Source: Candidatus Babelota bacterium (GTDB lineage: Bacteria; Babelota; Babeliae; Babelales; CAIQNR01). Taken from it: a stretch of 64,000 nt of DNA. Below are positions 38,016-49,417 of this stretch, one piece after another; position 1 is the first letter of the stretch, and each line of letters starts with the position of its first letter. The position numbers were made by a program, and so were the translations under genes. Where the stretch lies: contig CBFHTA010000001.1 of NCBI GenBank assembly GCA_965658655.1, positions 296,722 through 360,721 of the forward strand, in the 5' to 3' direction. The notes under the pieces were generated by a model. It was not told where the DNA came from, did not search any database, and saw nothing but the letters and a program-made list of their open reading frames with translations.

Positions 38016-39998
38016 TTACTTCTTGTCAGTATACGCTTTCAGCTTTCTAATAACAAGAGAAGGGTTGTATTCGCTGCACTCAAGGTTGTACCAATCACTT
38101 TTTTTGCATGATTGGAAAAAGCGTGAGAATCTATTTATCCAAATTCCATGATGGTATTTACTTAAGTCAAAATTTGGGTGTGTTTTATCTGTAATATGAG
38201 ATAACATAACCACAGGAAGGTGTACTGCGTGAATACCATGTTGTTCAAACCATGGTTTATGACTGTAATAATTAAGATTAAACGTTGCCAAAATGAGCGG
38301 TTCTTGGGCAGATCCTAAGCCTGCGAAAAGTCCTCGATAAAACCAACAATCAAGAAGTGAGGGGAGATAAGCACCTATGAGAGCATGCGGAAGTTCTTTT
38401 TTAATAATGGTTTTTAGTTTAATTCCTAATTGCTTTGCGGCATCTTGGAGTGTAGAAAAATACTCATGAAAACGGTTATTTTTAAATAAGAATGTTATAC
38501 GTTTGTTTATTGTGTTTAGTTTCTTGAGGTTCGATTGTTTTGTGGTGCGAATATAGAGGTTCCAGGAAACATCAGAAAAATCCATAAGATTCGTATAGAC
38601 AGCCGCTTGCTCTGGTGCATGATACATTTCAAAATCAAAAAAGATACCACCGATAGGAACATGTTTATCTGCATGCTTTTTCCAGTGAGTTATAAACTTT
38701 TTAAATGGGTCAATGAATTCTTCTTTCCAGAAGTGTTGATCATCGAGTGGAGAAGGAATCTTTGAGAATTCTTTCCCATAAACATTCCTTACTGGATGAG
38801 TAACAGGTGACTTTCCATAGTTATTGGTAAGATCGAAACCTACAAAAAGAGATGGTTTTTCTTGTTCTCTGTAAGTTCTTGCAAGTTCTTTAGTAAAATG
38901 ACGAATTCCTGTGGTAACTTGTTCGTATTCTTTTTCTGAGCGCATAGCCTGCTTGCTCAAAAACCATTCCGGATTAAATGAGGTCCATAAAAGATTAACG
39001 TTGCTTTTTTTTAGGTAGTCTACAGCAGTTTTCCAATTATTTTTAAGTGGTTCAATTTCCATCCAGGCGCAAGAAATTTTTTTGTGAAAAAGTGGATGTG
39101 CGGCTGCTGTATAAAGTTTTGACTCTTGTGGAAGCACGTTTGGTGGTAACGTAATTTTTACAGGACTTGCTGTTGGTGATTGACCGGTTGTAAGTGTGGT
39201 ATGTAACTGAAGCAAAGTATGCTGAAGAACGGTAAGGAATTTCTTTCTATCTTTCCAGTCGTAAGGAGAGAAGAACATATTTTCTTCAAGATCGACACCT
39301 TTAAAACTGCTGTCTGGCCCTAAAACAAGAGCTGCATGTTTATGGGGTTTTACATACAATCCCAAAGGCAAAATGCTTTCTAAATAACTTTTTTTACGAT
39401 CGGCTGGAAGCGTAAGAGGTTTATGCTCTAATTCACTTAAAGATGAGAGTCGACAACGAAGAGGTTTTTTTTGACCCTTATATGAAACGCGAGGATAAAA
39501 CAAAGAAGTTCTGTACGTCGAGCTACGGTCATTGTCTGTTGAAAAAATACACGGGCCTAGATCATTTGTAATGGTACACAGTTGATGATTGATATTTAGT
39601 TGGTTAAAAAATCCACAAAGTGCATGAGCAACTTGGGGATTTTGTGGAAGCTTGCCTGGGAAAAGAAGTGCTAGAAGACCTTTTTCTTTTTTGGCGTACG
39701 CTTTAACTAAAGAGAGTATTCTTGTGGTTAAAGGACTTTTGGTTGATGCACCACTGTTTTTAAAAAAGTAAGGATCGAGGAATAAAAAAACAGCGTCAAA
39801 GTTTTGTAAGCTGTTTGGAGGACTATAGAAATTTGCAAAAGAGCAGTTGAAACCAACAGATTCTGCCAGTGCTTGTAATTGTGAATAACTTGCCTGTGAT
39901 TTTCCGCTTGTATCTAGAATAAGTAATTTTTTTTGTGGTGTTTTTGCGCAGAGCTGTACAAAATTTAAAAACAGTAAGTAATACTTTAACTTTTTCAT
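38016..39998 (-). CDS. Exported hypothetical protein, C-terminal half possibly a glycoside-hydrolase-like TIM barrel
   Basis: Signal peptide; PSPLD..FW, GGIFFDFEMY and aromatic-rich alpha/beta pattern. Confidence 0.55.
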   Translation of the reverse strand: MKKLKYYLLFLNFVQLCAKTPQKKLLILDTSGKSQASYSQLQALAESVGFNCSFANFYSPPNSLQNFDAVFLFLDPYFFKNSGASTKSPLTTRILSLVKAYAKKEKGLLALLFPGKLPQNPQVAHALCGFFNQLNINHQLCTITNDLGPCIFSTDNDRSSTYRTSLFYPRVSYKGQKKPLRCRLSSLSELEHKPLTLPADRKKSYLESILPLGLYVKPHKHAALVLGPDSSFKGVDLEENMFFSPYDWKDRKKFLTVLQHTLLQLHTTLTTGQSPTASPVKITLPPNVLPQESKLYTAAAHPLFHKKISCAWMEIEPLKNNWKTAVDYLKKSNVNLLWTSFNPEWFLSKQAMRSEKEYEQVTTGIRHFTKELARTYREQEKPSLFVGFDLTNNYGKSPVTHPVRNVYGKEFSKIPSPLDDQHFWKEEFIDPFKKFITHWKKHADKHVPIGGIFFDFEMYHAPEQAAVYTNLMDFSDVSWNLYIRTTKQSNLKKLNTINKRITFLFKNNRFHEYFSTLQDAAKQLGIKLKTIIKKELPHALIGAYLPSLLDCWFYRGLFAGLGSAQEPLILATFNLNYYSHKPWFEQHGIHAVHLPVVMLSHITDKTHPNFDLSKYHHGIWINRFSRFFQSCKKSDWYNLECSEYNPSLVIRKLKAYTDKK

Positions 39999-40116
39999 CT
40001 TTTTCCCCTAACCCTTGTGTTTAAACCTAGCAATTTTATTAATAAAGAAACAAGAGATGGGGTGAATACGAGAACATTTTTTGGTTATTTAAATAACAAT
40101 ACTGTGTATTTTTTAT

Positions 40117-40518
40117 TTATAAAAGCGATCTATGTTTGTTTAAAAATAGTTTTCCTTGTTCAGATTGTAGATAAGCTAAAAGACATATTTCTGGTGTAAG
40201 ATTAGGATAGCGTTTGCGAACTTTGGTTAAGGCAAGAATGAGTGCTCCTGTTCCTTGTACTGCATCTCCTACTGAGTGGAGTATCTCTTCTGTATCATCA
40301 ACTTCTTTAGCAGCCACTGCATTTAAAAGATTAGGAATAACAGAGTGTAGAAGAGTACCAACAATCAATGATGCCGAGTCTGGTTCTTCTTTTTTATCTT
40401 CTTTTTTCTTTATCGTGAGTTTTTCTGTGACCGGTGGTTTGCGCTTTCTTAAAGTTGTCATGGAAAGAGCTGGGGTAGTTGCACATAAAAGTAGAAAAAA
40501 TAACATAAAACGTTTCAT
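40117..40518 (-). CDS. Hypothetical exported protein
   Basis: AAGGAG RBS; signal peptide followed by RKRK. Confidence 0.65.
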   Translation of the reverse strand: MKRFMLFFLLLCATTPALSMTTLRKRKPPVTEKLTIKKKEDKKEEPDSASLIVGTLLHSVIPNLLNAVAAKEVDDTEEILHSVGDAVQGTGALILALTKVRKRYPNLTPEICLLAYLQSEQGKLFLNKHRSLL

Positions 40519-40630
40519 ATATTCTCCTTAAATCTAAGTTCTCGTATTCAGGAGTTAGATATAGCTTATGACTGCTACTTCTCGATACAATTCTTATGAA
40601 ATTACTCGAAATTACTTGTTCTATTTATTA

Positions 40631-41944
40631 TTACTGGGCTTCTTTGTCTTTAAAGATAAGAACTTGAACCACACGTTTAGGTGTAGATTTTTGTACTTGG
40701 AATACATAACCTTGATAAGGTACTCGTTCCCCTTTGCGTGGTAGATGCTGCAGTTTCTCTGTTAAAAAACCTGCAATAGTAACGGCATCTTCACTATCGA
40801 AACGAATATTTAAAAGTTTTTCGATTTGATCTAAATCAACACCAGCATAGACAAGCCATCCACCATTTTCAAGTGGAACAATATGTTCGGAAACAGATTC
40901 GTGCTCATCGCTAATGTCACCTACAATTTCTTCGATAGCATCTTCTAGAGTTACTAATCCAATAATTCCGCCATACTCGTTAAGCACCATAGCAATATGA
41001 TGCCGCTGCTGTTTGAATTGACGTAAAAGCTGGTTTACACGCATACTTTCTGGCACAAATAAAATAGGGCGTACTAAGTCTTTAAGTGGTTTGTCTTCAG
41101 ACTTTTCTAGGAGCAGGAAAATATCTTTCTGATGGACCATCCCAATAATATTGTCTGCTTTTCCTTCATAAATAGGTAATCGAGAATAGTGATACTTAGC
41201 AAACACTTTTAAAGCCTCGTCAATTGAGGTTGCAGCATCTAGTGTAATTACATCAACTTCGGGTACCATAATCTCTTCTACCGTGGTATTACCTAAGTCG
41301 AAAATACTGCTGAGCATTTGGCTTTTATCGCTGTCCATCAAACCTTTTTTGTTGATATACTCGATTAAGAATTGAATTTCTTTCTCAGAAGAAAGAGCTT
41401 CTTCGGTCGCGTCTTTATGAGAGTTTTTTTGATTGATCATTTTAATAATGAAGTTAGAAAACATAGAAAGGATAACAACCAATGGATACATTAAGTAGAA
41501 TGTAGTATTGATGAGCCATAGTGTGGATTTGAATAGAGAAGATCCGCGAGCTTGGGCAATATTCTTAGGTAGAATTTCTCCGATAATCAAAATTGCTGTA
41601 GTAGCAATAGCGATACCTAAAGAAAACCCAAGCCCTTCAGATAATTTGAGACTCGCAAAGAGATCTTCCATAACTTGTGTAATAAGTGCTGCAGAGGTGA
41701 CATTAGCAATACTGTTGGCAATCAAAATAGCAATCAGAACTTTTTGAGGTTCTTGTTCAAGCGTTGCGAAGAGCATACGATAGCCCTTGGTATTCTTGGC
41801 GATCTCTTTAAGATTAAATAGTCGAAGCGCTGTGACAGCTGTTTCTAAAAAAGAAAATAGTGCACAGAACAACAACGAAACAGTAAAGTAACCAATCTGT
41901 AAGTAAAAAACACTCGGTAAGGAATTTTCCATACGATTTATCAA
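40631..41944 (-). CDS. CNNM/DUF21-CBS-CorC (HlyC/TlyC-like) protein
   Basis: FSFLETA, GEILPKNIA, YSRLPIY and GLVTLEDAIEEIVGDISDEH motifs. Confidence 0.93.
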   Translation of the reverse strand: MINRMENSLPSVFYLQIGYFTVSLLFCALFSFLETAVTALRLFNLKEIAKNTKGYRMLFATLEQEPQKVLIAILIANSIANVTSAALITQVMEDLFASLKLSEGLGFSLGIAIATTAILIIGEILPKNIAQARGSSLFKSTLWLINTTFYLMYPLVVILSMFSNFIIKMINQKNSHKDATEEALSSEKEIQFLIEYINKKGLMDSDKSQMLSSIFDLGNTTVEEIMVPEVDVITLDAATSIDEALKVFAKYHYSRLPIYEGKADNIIGMVHQKDIFLLLEKSEDKPLKDLVRPILFVPESMRVNQLLRQFKQQRHHIAMVLNEYGGIIGLVTLEDAIEEIVGDISDEHESVSEHIVPLENGGWLVYAGVDLDQIEKLLNIRFDSEDAVTIAGFLTEKLQHLPRKGERVPYQGYVFQVQKSTPKRVVQVLIFKDKEAQ

Positions 41945-41956
41945 ACCTTTCTTTTA

Positions 41957-44152
41957 TTATTCAATCGAATCACCAGGACCGATATCAAATTCCTTGTCAA
42001 AGAAGGTTTGAAGCTTTTTGCTTCGCGAAGGATGTCGCAATTTTCTTAGCGCTTTCACTTCAATTTGTCGAATTCGTTCCCTGGTGACTGAGAAATCTTT
42101 TCCAACTTCTTCCAACGTATGTTCTGAGGCTACATCAATTCCGAAGCGCATTTTAAGAACTTTTTCTTCTCGAGGTGCTAAAGTCTTTAGTACTTGGCGA
42201 ACTCGCTCTTTTAAATCTGAGTTAGCCACGGTGTCTGCTGGAGAAAATTCATCATCATGAGGAATAAAATCTTTTAAGAAAGCATCTTCACTGTCACCTA
42301 CAGGTGATTCTAAAGAAACAGGCTCTTTAGAAATTTTAATAATGTTCTTAACCTTCTTCTCATCAAGATTGAGTTCTTTAGCTAGTTCTGCGTATGTTGG
42401 TTCGCGCCCGTGCTGCTGTACGAAGAGCCTTTTGATCTTGTTGATTTTATTTAATGTTTCAACCATGTGGACAGGAACACGAATAGTTCTAGATTGATCA
42501 GCGATTGCACGAGTAATTGCTTGGCGAATCCACCAGGTTGCGTATGTAGAGAATTTGTATCCACGTTCGAATTCAAACTTCTCTACTGCTTTCATCAAGC
42601 CGATGTTACCTTCTTGAATAAGATCTAAGAAATGCAGACCACGGTTAACATATTTTTTTGCCAAGTTAACAACCAGTCGAAGGTTAGCCTTAGCCAATTC
42701 ATCTTTTGCTTGTTTGTCGTCTCGCTGGCTTTTAATAAGCTGTCGATAATACTTAGTAATCTTATCAAGTGGAAGACCAGTTTCGCTTTCTGTTTTTTTG
42801 ATTGCCTTGTTGGCCATACGTGCTTCTACGTTAAGCTCTTCAATAAGTGACTTATCGTCTTCGCTTGGCTTTTTAGCTTTCTTTAAAGAAGTTAAGCGTT
42901 TTTCATTCGTACGAATAATCTCTTGCTTCTCTTGAATCTTGAATAGATATTTTTCAATTTTCTTACCAATCTTTCTAATGAATTTATTGGCAAGACGAAT
43001 TGATTTAATCTCGTCGCTGATAGCTTTCTTGTTGTCTTGGACCTTTTGAAGCATCTCTTTCTTCTTTTCTGCAGAAGAAAGGTCGTTGCGATATTTCTTA
43101 TAAATCTGTTCTTCGTTTTTGGTCAAGTCAGCGATTTTATTAAGTGTCTGTAAGAATGCTTTAAGTTCTTCGTCGATCTTTGGGATGTTTTCATCATCGT
43201 ATTCAGCAAACTGAATGATGTCTTTAAGTGCTAGACTATTCTTTGCTATCCGATCGATCATAGCTGTAAATTCTTTGTGTACAAAAGGGAAGTGAGAAAT
43301 TGCATCGATAGAAAGACGTTTACTTCCGGCTATTTTTTCTGCAATAACTTTTTCGGTCACTTTGTTCAGAAGAGGAATTTTACCAATATCACGAAGATAA
43401 CATTTAACCCCATCGGTAATTTGAGCTGAGGTTTCTGTGGTTTCTTTTTCTTTTTCTTCTTCTTCATCGCTGTCGGCATTAATACTGCTGGCGAGTTTTT
43501 CTTTCATCTCACCTTTGTGGCCAGAGCCATATTCTTCTTTTTCTTGGTCAAAGTGGGCTTGTTGAACAAGTTCTTCTTCCATTACTAAAGCAATGTGTGC
43601 TTTTTCTAATTCTTTTAAAAAATCGTTAGCCTCTTTTTCAGAAAGCTGCCCTTTTTCATTGAATGCAATCACTTCTTCGTACGTCAGCACTCCGTTTTCT
43701 TTGCCTTTTTCTATAAGACTGTTGTGCAATTCTTTTTTGATTGTAGCTAAATCTTTTGCAGGAGCCTTCTTAGAAGTTTTTTTCTTGGGAGATTTATTGA
43801 TAGACGTAGAAATAGATTTTTTAACTGTCTTAGATGCTTTTGTTTGTGTTTGAGATGATGCCACTTTTTTAACCGGTTGTTTAGGAGTTTTAATCGCTTT
43901 CTTCTTGACCACTTTCTGAGTTACTATTTTTTTGATTGTCTTTTTAGGCCCTACTGTTTTAGCAACCTTCTTCTTGACTACACGTTTTACAGTTTTTTTC
44001 TTAACCGCCTTTTTAGGTGCAACTTTTTTAGCTGAACGCTTAACAGCTTTTTTAACCTCTTTTTTCTTGGCTACTTTCTTAGCGGGTTTCTTCTTGGTTG
44101 CTTTCTTCTTGTTGTCCCCAATGAGCCTACTCAAAATACTTTTAATAACCAC
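41957..44152 (-). CDS. rpoD: RNA polymerase primary sigma factor with Lys-rich N-terminal extension
   Basis: [49 protein letters not shown] and [10 protein letters not shown]. Confidence 0.97.
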
Positions 44153-45894
44153 TATATGAGCCCCTTCCGCAATAACTTTTTTTTCAGATCGAGAAAAGAC
44201 GCGACAATTCTTTGCACTGCTTCTTTATTGTGCTCTGCTTCTGCTTGTGCTAGTTGTATTTTTGTTCCACTCACAATTGTTTTCCAATATTTTTTTTCCA
44301 GGAGTATTACGACCTGATTGAAGTCTTCTTCTTCTTCTTGGCTTACGAGTAACTCATTTACCATGCGCTTTTCATGATATTCAAGAGTGTCAAAAAAAAG
44401 AGCGAAAGTATCGCCTTCATCAGACCCTTTTACCTGCTTCAGTTTGATTATCAAACACTTGAGTGGTTCGGGTGTATAGTGCAAAAGTCGCTGAACTTCG
44501 TCTCGTTCCAACAACTGAGTGTTATTAAGTATACCACACATGAATTTTTTTTCTAAAGAAGAAAGCTCAAAAACTGGCATTTGAGCAGGTTTTTCTTCTG
44601 TTTTTGGCGCTGCAGGCTTATTTCTTCTGGTTGCACCCATCTCTTTTTTTAGAGATCCAAAGGGCAAATCAAAGATTTCTGAGGCTTTTTGAAGAAGAAT
44701 GTCTTGTTTAAAGGCATCTTTTAGGTTTGCAACAATGGCCAAAAAGCTTCGAGTTGAGTTTAATTTTTGTTGAAGTGGCTGCTGAGAAAAGTCTTTTCCA
44801 AGGGCTTTTAAGTAGAAAGATAAAATATCCTGCGCATGGCCAATCGCTTCTTTAAGATCGCCGTTGTCGTTCAGGTAGGTTGCAGGGTCGTGCCCCTCGG
44901 GTAAAAAGATAACTTGTAAATCTAGATCAACTTGCCAACAGAGTTCAGCAAGTCGAAGCATTGCTTTTTGTCCAGCAGTGTCACTGTCATAGACTAAGTA
45001 AACTGTTTGTGCATGGTACGCTAGTAATTTTAAATGATCTATTGTGCACGATGTTCCCAGGGTGGCCACGGTGTTTCGGTAACCGTATTGGGCCATGGCA
45101 ACACAGTCTGTATAGCCTTCAACTAAGAAGACCTGCCCTGTTTTTTGAATTTCTTTCTTTGCTAAATCTAAACCAAAAAGCAATGAGCCTTTTTGAAAGT
45201 AGCTGTTTTCTTTTGAATTGTAATATTTTGAGCGTTCATCAGTTTTTTTTAGAACACGGCCACCAAAGCCACAGTTATTGCTAAGGTGATCTTTGATAGG
45301 GAATATCAATCGTTGTTCAAAGGCTGAATAAACGGTTTTGCCTTCTGAGGCAATGCCCGCATCAAATAAATCTTTAAGCAAAAATTGCTCATCGGCAATG
45401 TCTCTTGCAAGTGCTTTAATTGAGCGTTCTCCGCCAGGAAAATAGCCAATTTTAAAAGTATTAATACTTGCTTGTGAAAAACCACGTTTTTCTAAATAGT
45501 GCATAACCGAAGGGTATTTAAACAATTGTGTGTGGCACCAATTTGCAACGGCTTGGCACACAGCAAAGTATCGTTTTTTCTCATCTGTTTTTTCTGTTGA
45601 CTCTTGGCTGATTGTTTCCGGTAGGTCTATATTGTATCGTTCTGCCAAATGCTTAGCAGCTTCAACTTGTGTGCAATTTTCTATTTTAGAGATAAACCCA
45701 ATAACGTCACCACTTTCTTGGCAACCAAAGCAGTAAAAAATTCCGCGATGAGGACTCACGGTAAACGAACCGGTTTTTTCGCTATGAAATGGGCAAGCGC
45801 CTTTCCAATAGTTACCGGCTTTTTTTAAGGCAAGATGTTCTTGTACAACATCTAAAATTTGTAATCTTTGCTTTACAAAGCTAAATAGGTTCAT
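44152..45894 (-). CDS. dnaG: DNA primase
   Basis: [12 protein letters not shown] zinc finger, FGGR, KYYNS, VEGYTD and YDSDTAG. Confidence 0.97.
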   Translation of the reverse strand: MNLFSFVKQRLQILDVVQEHLALKKAGNYWKGACPFHSEKTGSFTVSPHRGIFYCFGCQESGDVIGFISKIENCTQVEAAKHLAERYNIDLPETISQESTEKTDEKKRYFAVCQAVANWCHTQLFKYPSVMHYLEKRGFSQASINTFKIGYFPGGERSIKALARDIADEQFLLKDLFDAGIASEGKTVYSAFEQRLIFPIKDHLSNNCGFGGRVLKKTDERSKYYNSKENSYFQKGSLLFGLDLAKKEIQKTGQVFLVEGYTDCVAMAQYGYRNTVATLGTSCTIDHLKLLAYHAQTVYLVYDSDTAGQKAMLRLAELCWQVDLDLQVIFLPEGHDPATYLNDNGDLKEAIGHAQDILSFYLKALGKDFSQQPLQQKLNSTRSFLAIVANLKDAFKQDILLQKASEIFDLPFGSLKKEMGATRRNKPAAPKTEEKPAQMPVFELSSLEKKFMCGILNNTQLLERDEVQRLLHYTPEPLKCLIIKLKQVKGSDEGDTFALFFDTLEYHEKRMVNELLVSQEEEEDFNQVVILLEKKYWKTIVSGTKIQLAQAEAEHNKEAVQRIVASFLDLKKKLLRKGLI

Positions 45895-46225
45895 AGAGAA
45901 CAAGAATACAGGAGAATTTTAAAGATGGGTAGCAAGATTTTTAATTATTCGTTTGTTTGAGTTCCAAGCGTTTTATTTTTTCCTCAGGATCTTTTATTTT
46001 TTGTTCTATTATCTCTATTGTTTCGGGGTTGTTGTTTTTGGTTCTTAGTTGGGTGCGTGGTTCTTCTTGAAGACGCTTGTGTCTTCTTTGTTGTCTTACA
46101 AGATATCTCTTGTTTCTTTTAAAAGTTTAAATTGTTGAAGCAAAGGTAAAATACATTCTGATTTTTCATCGCAGTCGCAGGGCCAATATAATTTGATGTT
46201 GCAGGAAGCAATCTGTGAGAGGTTG

Positions 46226-46978
46226 TTATCTTCTTCTGAGATAATAGCTTTTACTTTTAATCATTAATCCAACAACAGCTATACATAATGCAATGAGCTG
46301 ATCATGAGAATAATGCAAAAGTAGGGGTACGTGTCTAGCTCTTAACCCATCTAGGCCAGATCGTAATAATCCCATGAAAAATAAGTAAGATCCAAAAAGG
46401 TATCCAGAACCGTTTTTATGAATGTTTCTTTCTGAATACAAAACACAAAAAATAATAAAGAGTCCCAGCGCGCTTAAGAGTTGCACGGGAATGAGAGGTT
46501 GATTAAGGAGAGCCATAGAGTCTGGATTGGTGTACATCACATGAAACCAACTGCTGGTTACGCGTCCATGGCAACAACCAGAAAGGGCACAACCCAAGCG
46601 TGCAATGCCTTGAAGTAGCGGAATATAAATTGCAAAGCGGTCCAAAACAAATATCACAGGGACTTTGTAGAATTGAAGATAAAGAGGGATAAAGATTAAA
46701 TTAGGAATAATAGCTCCAAAAACAGATAATCCGCCATCCCATACTGCAATTGGATTTAAAAAAGAGTCTGCTCTATGTTCGACTAAATAGAGAAGTCGTG
46801 CGCCAATAACGCCAACGAGAATTACTAAGCTTGTCAGGTTTAGAATTTTGTCTAGAGAAATCTTGGACATCAACGGTTTGTCTTGTTTAATCATGTAGAG
46901 CATTGTAAGAATGCCTATAACAATCATGGCGCCATAACTTTGAATAGCAAATGGTCCAAAAGTAAAAAGAGTAATCAC
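46226..46978 (-). CDS. lgt: Prolipoprotein diacylglyceryl transferase family protein (divergent)
   Basis: SYG, GVIGARLLY, WDGGLS and RLGC...GCCHG motifs. Confidence 0.8.
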   Translation of the reverse strand: MITLFTFGPFAIQSYGAMIVIGILTMLYMIKQDKPLMSKISLDKILNLTSLVILVGVIGARLLYLVEHRADSFLNPIAVWDGGLSVFGAIIPNLIFIPLYLQFYKVPVIFVLDRFAIYIPLLQGIARLGCALSGCCHGRVTSSWFHVMYTNPDSMALLNQPLIPVQLLSALGLFIIFCVLYSERNIHKNGSGYLFGSYLFFMGLLRSGLDGLRARHVPLLLHYSHDQLIALCIAVVGLMIKSKSYYLRRR

Positions 46979-46981
46979 AGG

Positions 46982-48787
46982 CTACTTTCTTTTAGGTTTT
47001 TCCAATAGCTTAACTTGTAAGATTAAAAATGAAAGGGCGGCAGGAGTCATGCCAGAGATTAATCCTGCTTGAGCAATGGTAGCAGGGCGAATCTTAGAGA
47101 GTTTCTGTTGTAGTTCTTTAGAAAGTCCTGTCATGCCGTTGTATTCAAAAGATTCTGGAAGTTTCATTTCTTGGTGTTTTGTGAGCTTTTGAACTTCACG
47201 TTCTTCACGCACTAGATAGGGTTCGTATTTAATAGCTGCTTGAATAGTTTGGCATATGCGGCCATGTAATTTTTTGCCAGTTAATTTTTCTATTTTTGCT
47301 TGAGTGTCGACGTTCTCTGTAAACAAATCAAGAAGTTCGGCATTTTTTGTTTTTGCTCGTAGTTCTTTAATAGTTTCTTCAATAAGTTTTTCTTCTTCTA
47401 AAAATTTTGCATAGAACCCATCAGATACCAATCCTACATTATGAGCTTTTGGGGTAAGTCGAGAAAAGGCATTATCTTGACGGAGGAGTAATCTACGTTC
47501 AGCACGAGAGGTAAACATTCGATAGGGCTCATCGATGCTTAGTGTGGTAATGTCGTCTATCATTACACCAATATAGCCTTCTGACCTGCTAATAGTGAAA
47601 GGATCTTTTTTGTGAGCAACTTGGTGTGCGTTGGCTCCGGCCATCAATCCTTGACCTGCAGCTTCTTCGTATCCTGTAGTTCCATTAATTTGACCTGCTA
47701 AAAATAAACCTGGAACAGATTTTACCTCGAGCGTATGTTTTAACTGGTTCGGTATAACAATGTCGTATTCAATTGCATAACCCGGACGAGCTATTTTAGC
47801 GTTTTCAAAACCTTTAATGGCTCTAATATATTTTTCTTGAGCATGTTCAGGAAGTGAGGTAGAAATACCATTAGGGTAGATCCAGTCTGTATTCGCGCTT
47901 TCGGGTTCTACGAAAATCTGATGTGCCGTTTTGTCTGGAAAACGCGTAATTTTATCTTCGATAGAAGGGCAATAGCGTGGACCTGTACCTTCTATATCTT
48001 CTCGTAAAATAGGGGATTCGTTGGCATATTTCTTAACAATATCGTGTACAGCTTCGTTAGTGTGGGTGATATAGCAATCGTGGGAATTTTTAACTTCATG
48101 TGGTTCAAATTCAAATAAAAAATCTAAATCTTCTAGCCCTTGGCTCTCCATTACGGAAAAATCAATTGTTGATCTGAGTAATCGAGGAGGAGTTCCAGTT
48201 TTGAGGCGACCAATTTTAAGATCTAAATTAATCAGGGCTTGAGTCAATGTTGTGACCGCGGCTTCATCTTCTCTACCAGATGCGTAGTTTTTGAGCCCTA
48301 CATGAACGAGGCCGTTCAAAAACGTGCCGGTTGTTAGTACCACGCTCGGTGCATGTAAAATGCTGTCATCGTTGAGTTTTACCCCGGTTACCGTTTTGTT
48401 GGAATCGACAACAATATCATCAACCATTGCTTCAAGTATTGTTAGGTTTTCTGTTTCTTTTAGGGCTTTTTGAGCTTCTTTTGCATAAGCTTCTTTGTCT
48501 ATTTGTAGCCGCAGGCCATGAACAGCCGGACCTTTTTTGGTATTGAGCATGCGGGCTTGAAGATAGGTTTTAGTACAGAGCTTGGGCATTAAGCCTCCAA
48601 GTGCACTAATTTCAAAAACGATATGTCCTTTTCCAATACCACCAATTGCAGGATTGCAAGGCATGTATCCAATCTTTTTTTCTGTTAGGGTGATAAGAGC
48701 TGTCTTTGAGCCAAGACGTGCAGCAGCATACGCCGCTTCTATACCTGCGTGTCCACCCCCAACAATAATAACATCGAATTTGTTCAT
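46982..48787 (-). CDS. mnmG: tRNA U34 carboxymethylaminomethyl modification enzyme MnmG (GidA)
   Basis: GGGHAGIEAA, MPCNPAIGG, GPRYCPSIEDK and GQINGTTGYEEAAGQG. Confidence 0.97.
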   Translation of the reverse strand: MNKFDVIIVGGGHAGIEAAYAAARLGSKTALITLTEKKIGYMPCNPAIGGIGKGHIVFEISALGGLMPKLCTKTYLQARMLNTKKGPAVHGLRLQIDKEAYAKEAQKALKETENLTILEAMVDDIVVDSNKTVTGVKLNDDSILHAPSVVLTTGTFLNGLVHVGLKNYASGREDEAAVTTLTQALINLDLKIGRLKTGTPPRLLRSTIDFSVMESQGLEDLDFLFEFEPHEVKNSHDCYITHTNEAVHDIVKKYANESPILREDIEGTGPRYCPSIEDKITRFPDKTAHQIFVEPESANTDWIYPNGISTSLPEHAQEKYIRAIKGFENAKIARPGYAIEYDIVIPNQLKHTLEVKSVPGLFLAGQINGTTGYEEAAGQGLMAGANAHQVAHKKDPFTISRSEGYIGVMIDDITTLSIDEPYRMFTSRAERRLLLRQDNAFSRLTPKAHNVGLVSDGFYAKFLEEEKLIEETIKELRAKTKNAELLDLFTENVDTQAKIEKLTGKKLHGRICQTIQAAIKYEPYLVREEREVQKLTKHQEMKLPESFEYNGMTGLSKELQQKLSKIRPATIAQAGLISGMTPAALSFLILQVKLLEKPKRK

Positions 48788-48933
48788 GTATGCCCTTAAA
48801 AAAAATGATCCCCAGAAAATCAATATGATCATCCAGGGATCTATTTTACCCAATTAAAAGGAGTTTCGCAATCGAGACTCCGCGTTCATCGTAAGATGAA
48901 CTACCTCCATTTCCGCCTATTTAAGACAAAAAT

Positions 48934-49254
48934 TTACTTTTTTGCTTTTTGAAAAATTTTTTGCAAATGTTCTTTTTCCTGTGTGCAGGCTTTGATAACA
49001 GCTAATTTTTCGACGAAGCCAAGTTTTGCAACTGCTTCTTGTGCTGTTTTTTCACATTTTACATCTTTGAATGTTTCTGCAATTTTCTCATGACCATTGT
49101 CTGTAAGCTCTTTTTTAAGTGTTTCTTCACACTTTGCAGCTTTAATGCAATCTCTAATAGATTTTTTAACAATAGCTTTAGTCTCTATAACGTTTATAGA
49201 AGTAAGCATTGCCACAGTTAACACAATCATTAATTTATTTAGATTCAATTTCAT
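48934..49254 (-). CDS. Hypothetical exported helical protein with 4 Cys
   Basis: Signal peptide; AAAGGG RBS. Confidence 0.65.
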   Translation of the reverse strand: MKLNLNKLMIVLTVAMLTSINVIETKAIVKKSIRDCIKAAKCEETLKKELTDNGHEKIAETFKDVKCEKTAQEAVAKLGFVEKLAVIKACTQEKEHLQKIFQKAKK

Positions 49255-49417
49255 AATAATACCCTTTTGATTTGAAGTAATATATTCGTTCAGGTCTCAC
49301 TAGAATACTAAAATAGAAAAAGGAGTGCAAAAGCCCCCTTCTGATTTGTTGATTTACGAGGGATATCCGTTTAAACTTAGAGGCTGATTAACCTTAAATA
49401 AGCTCAATTGGAAATCT

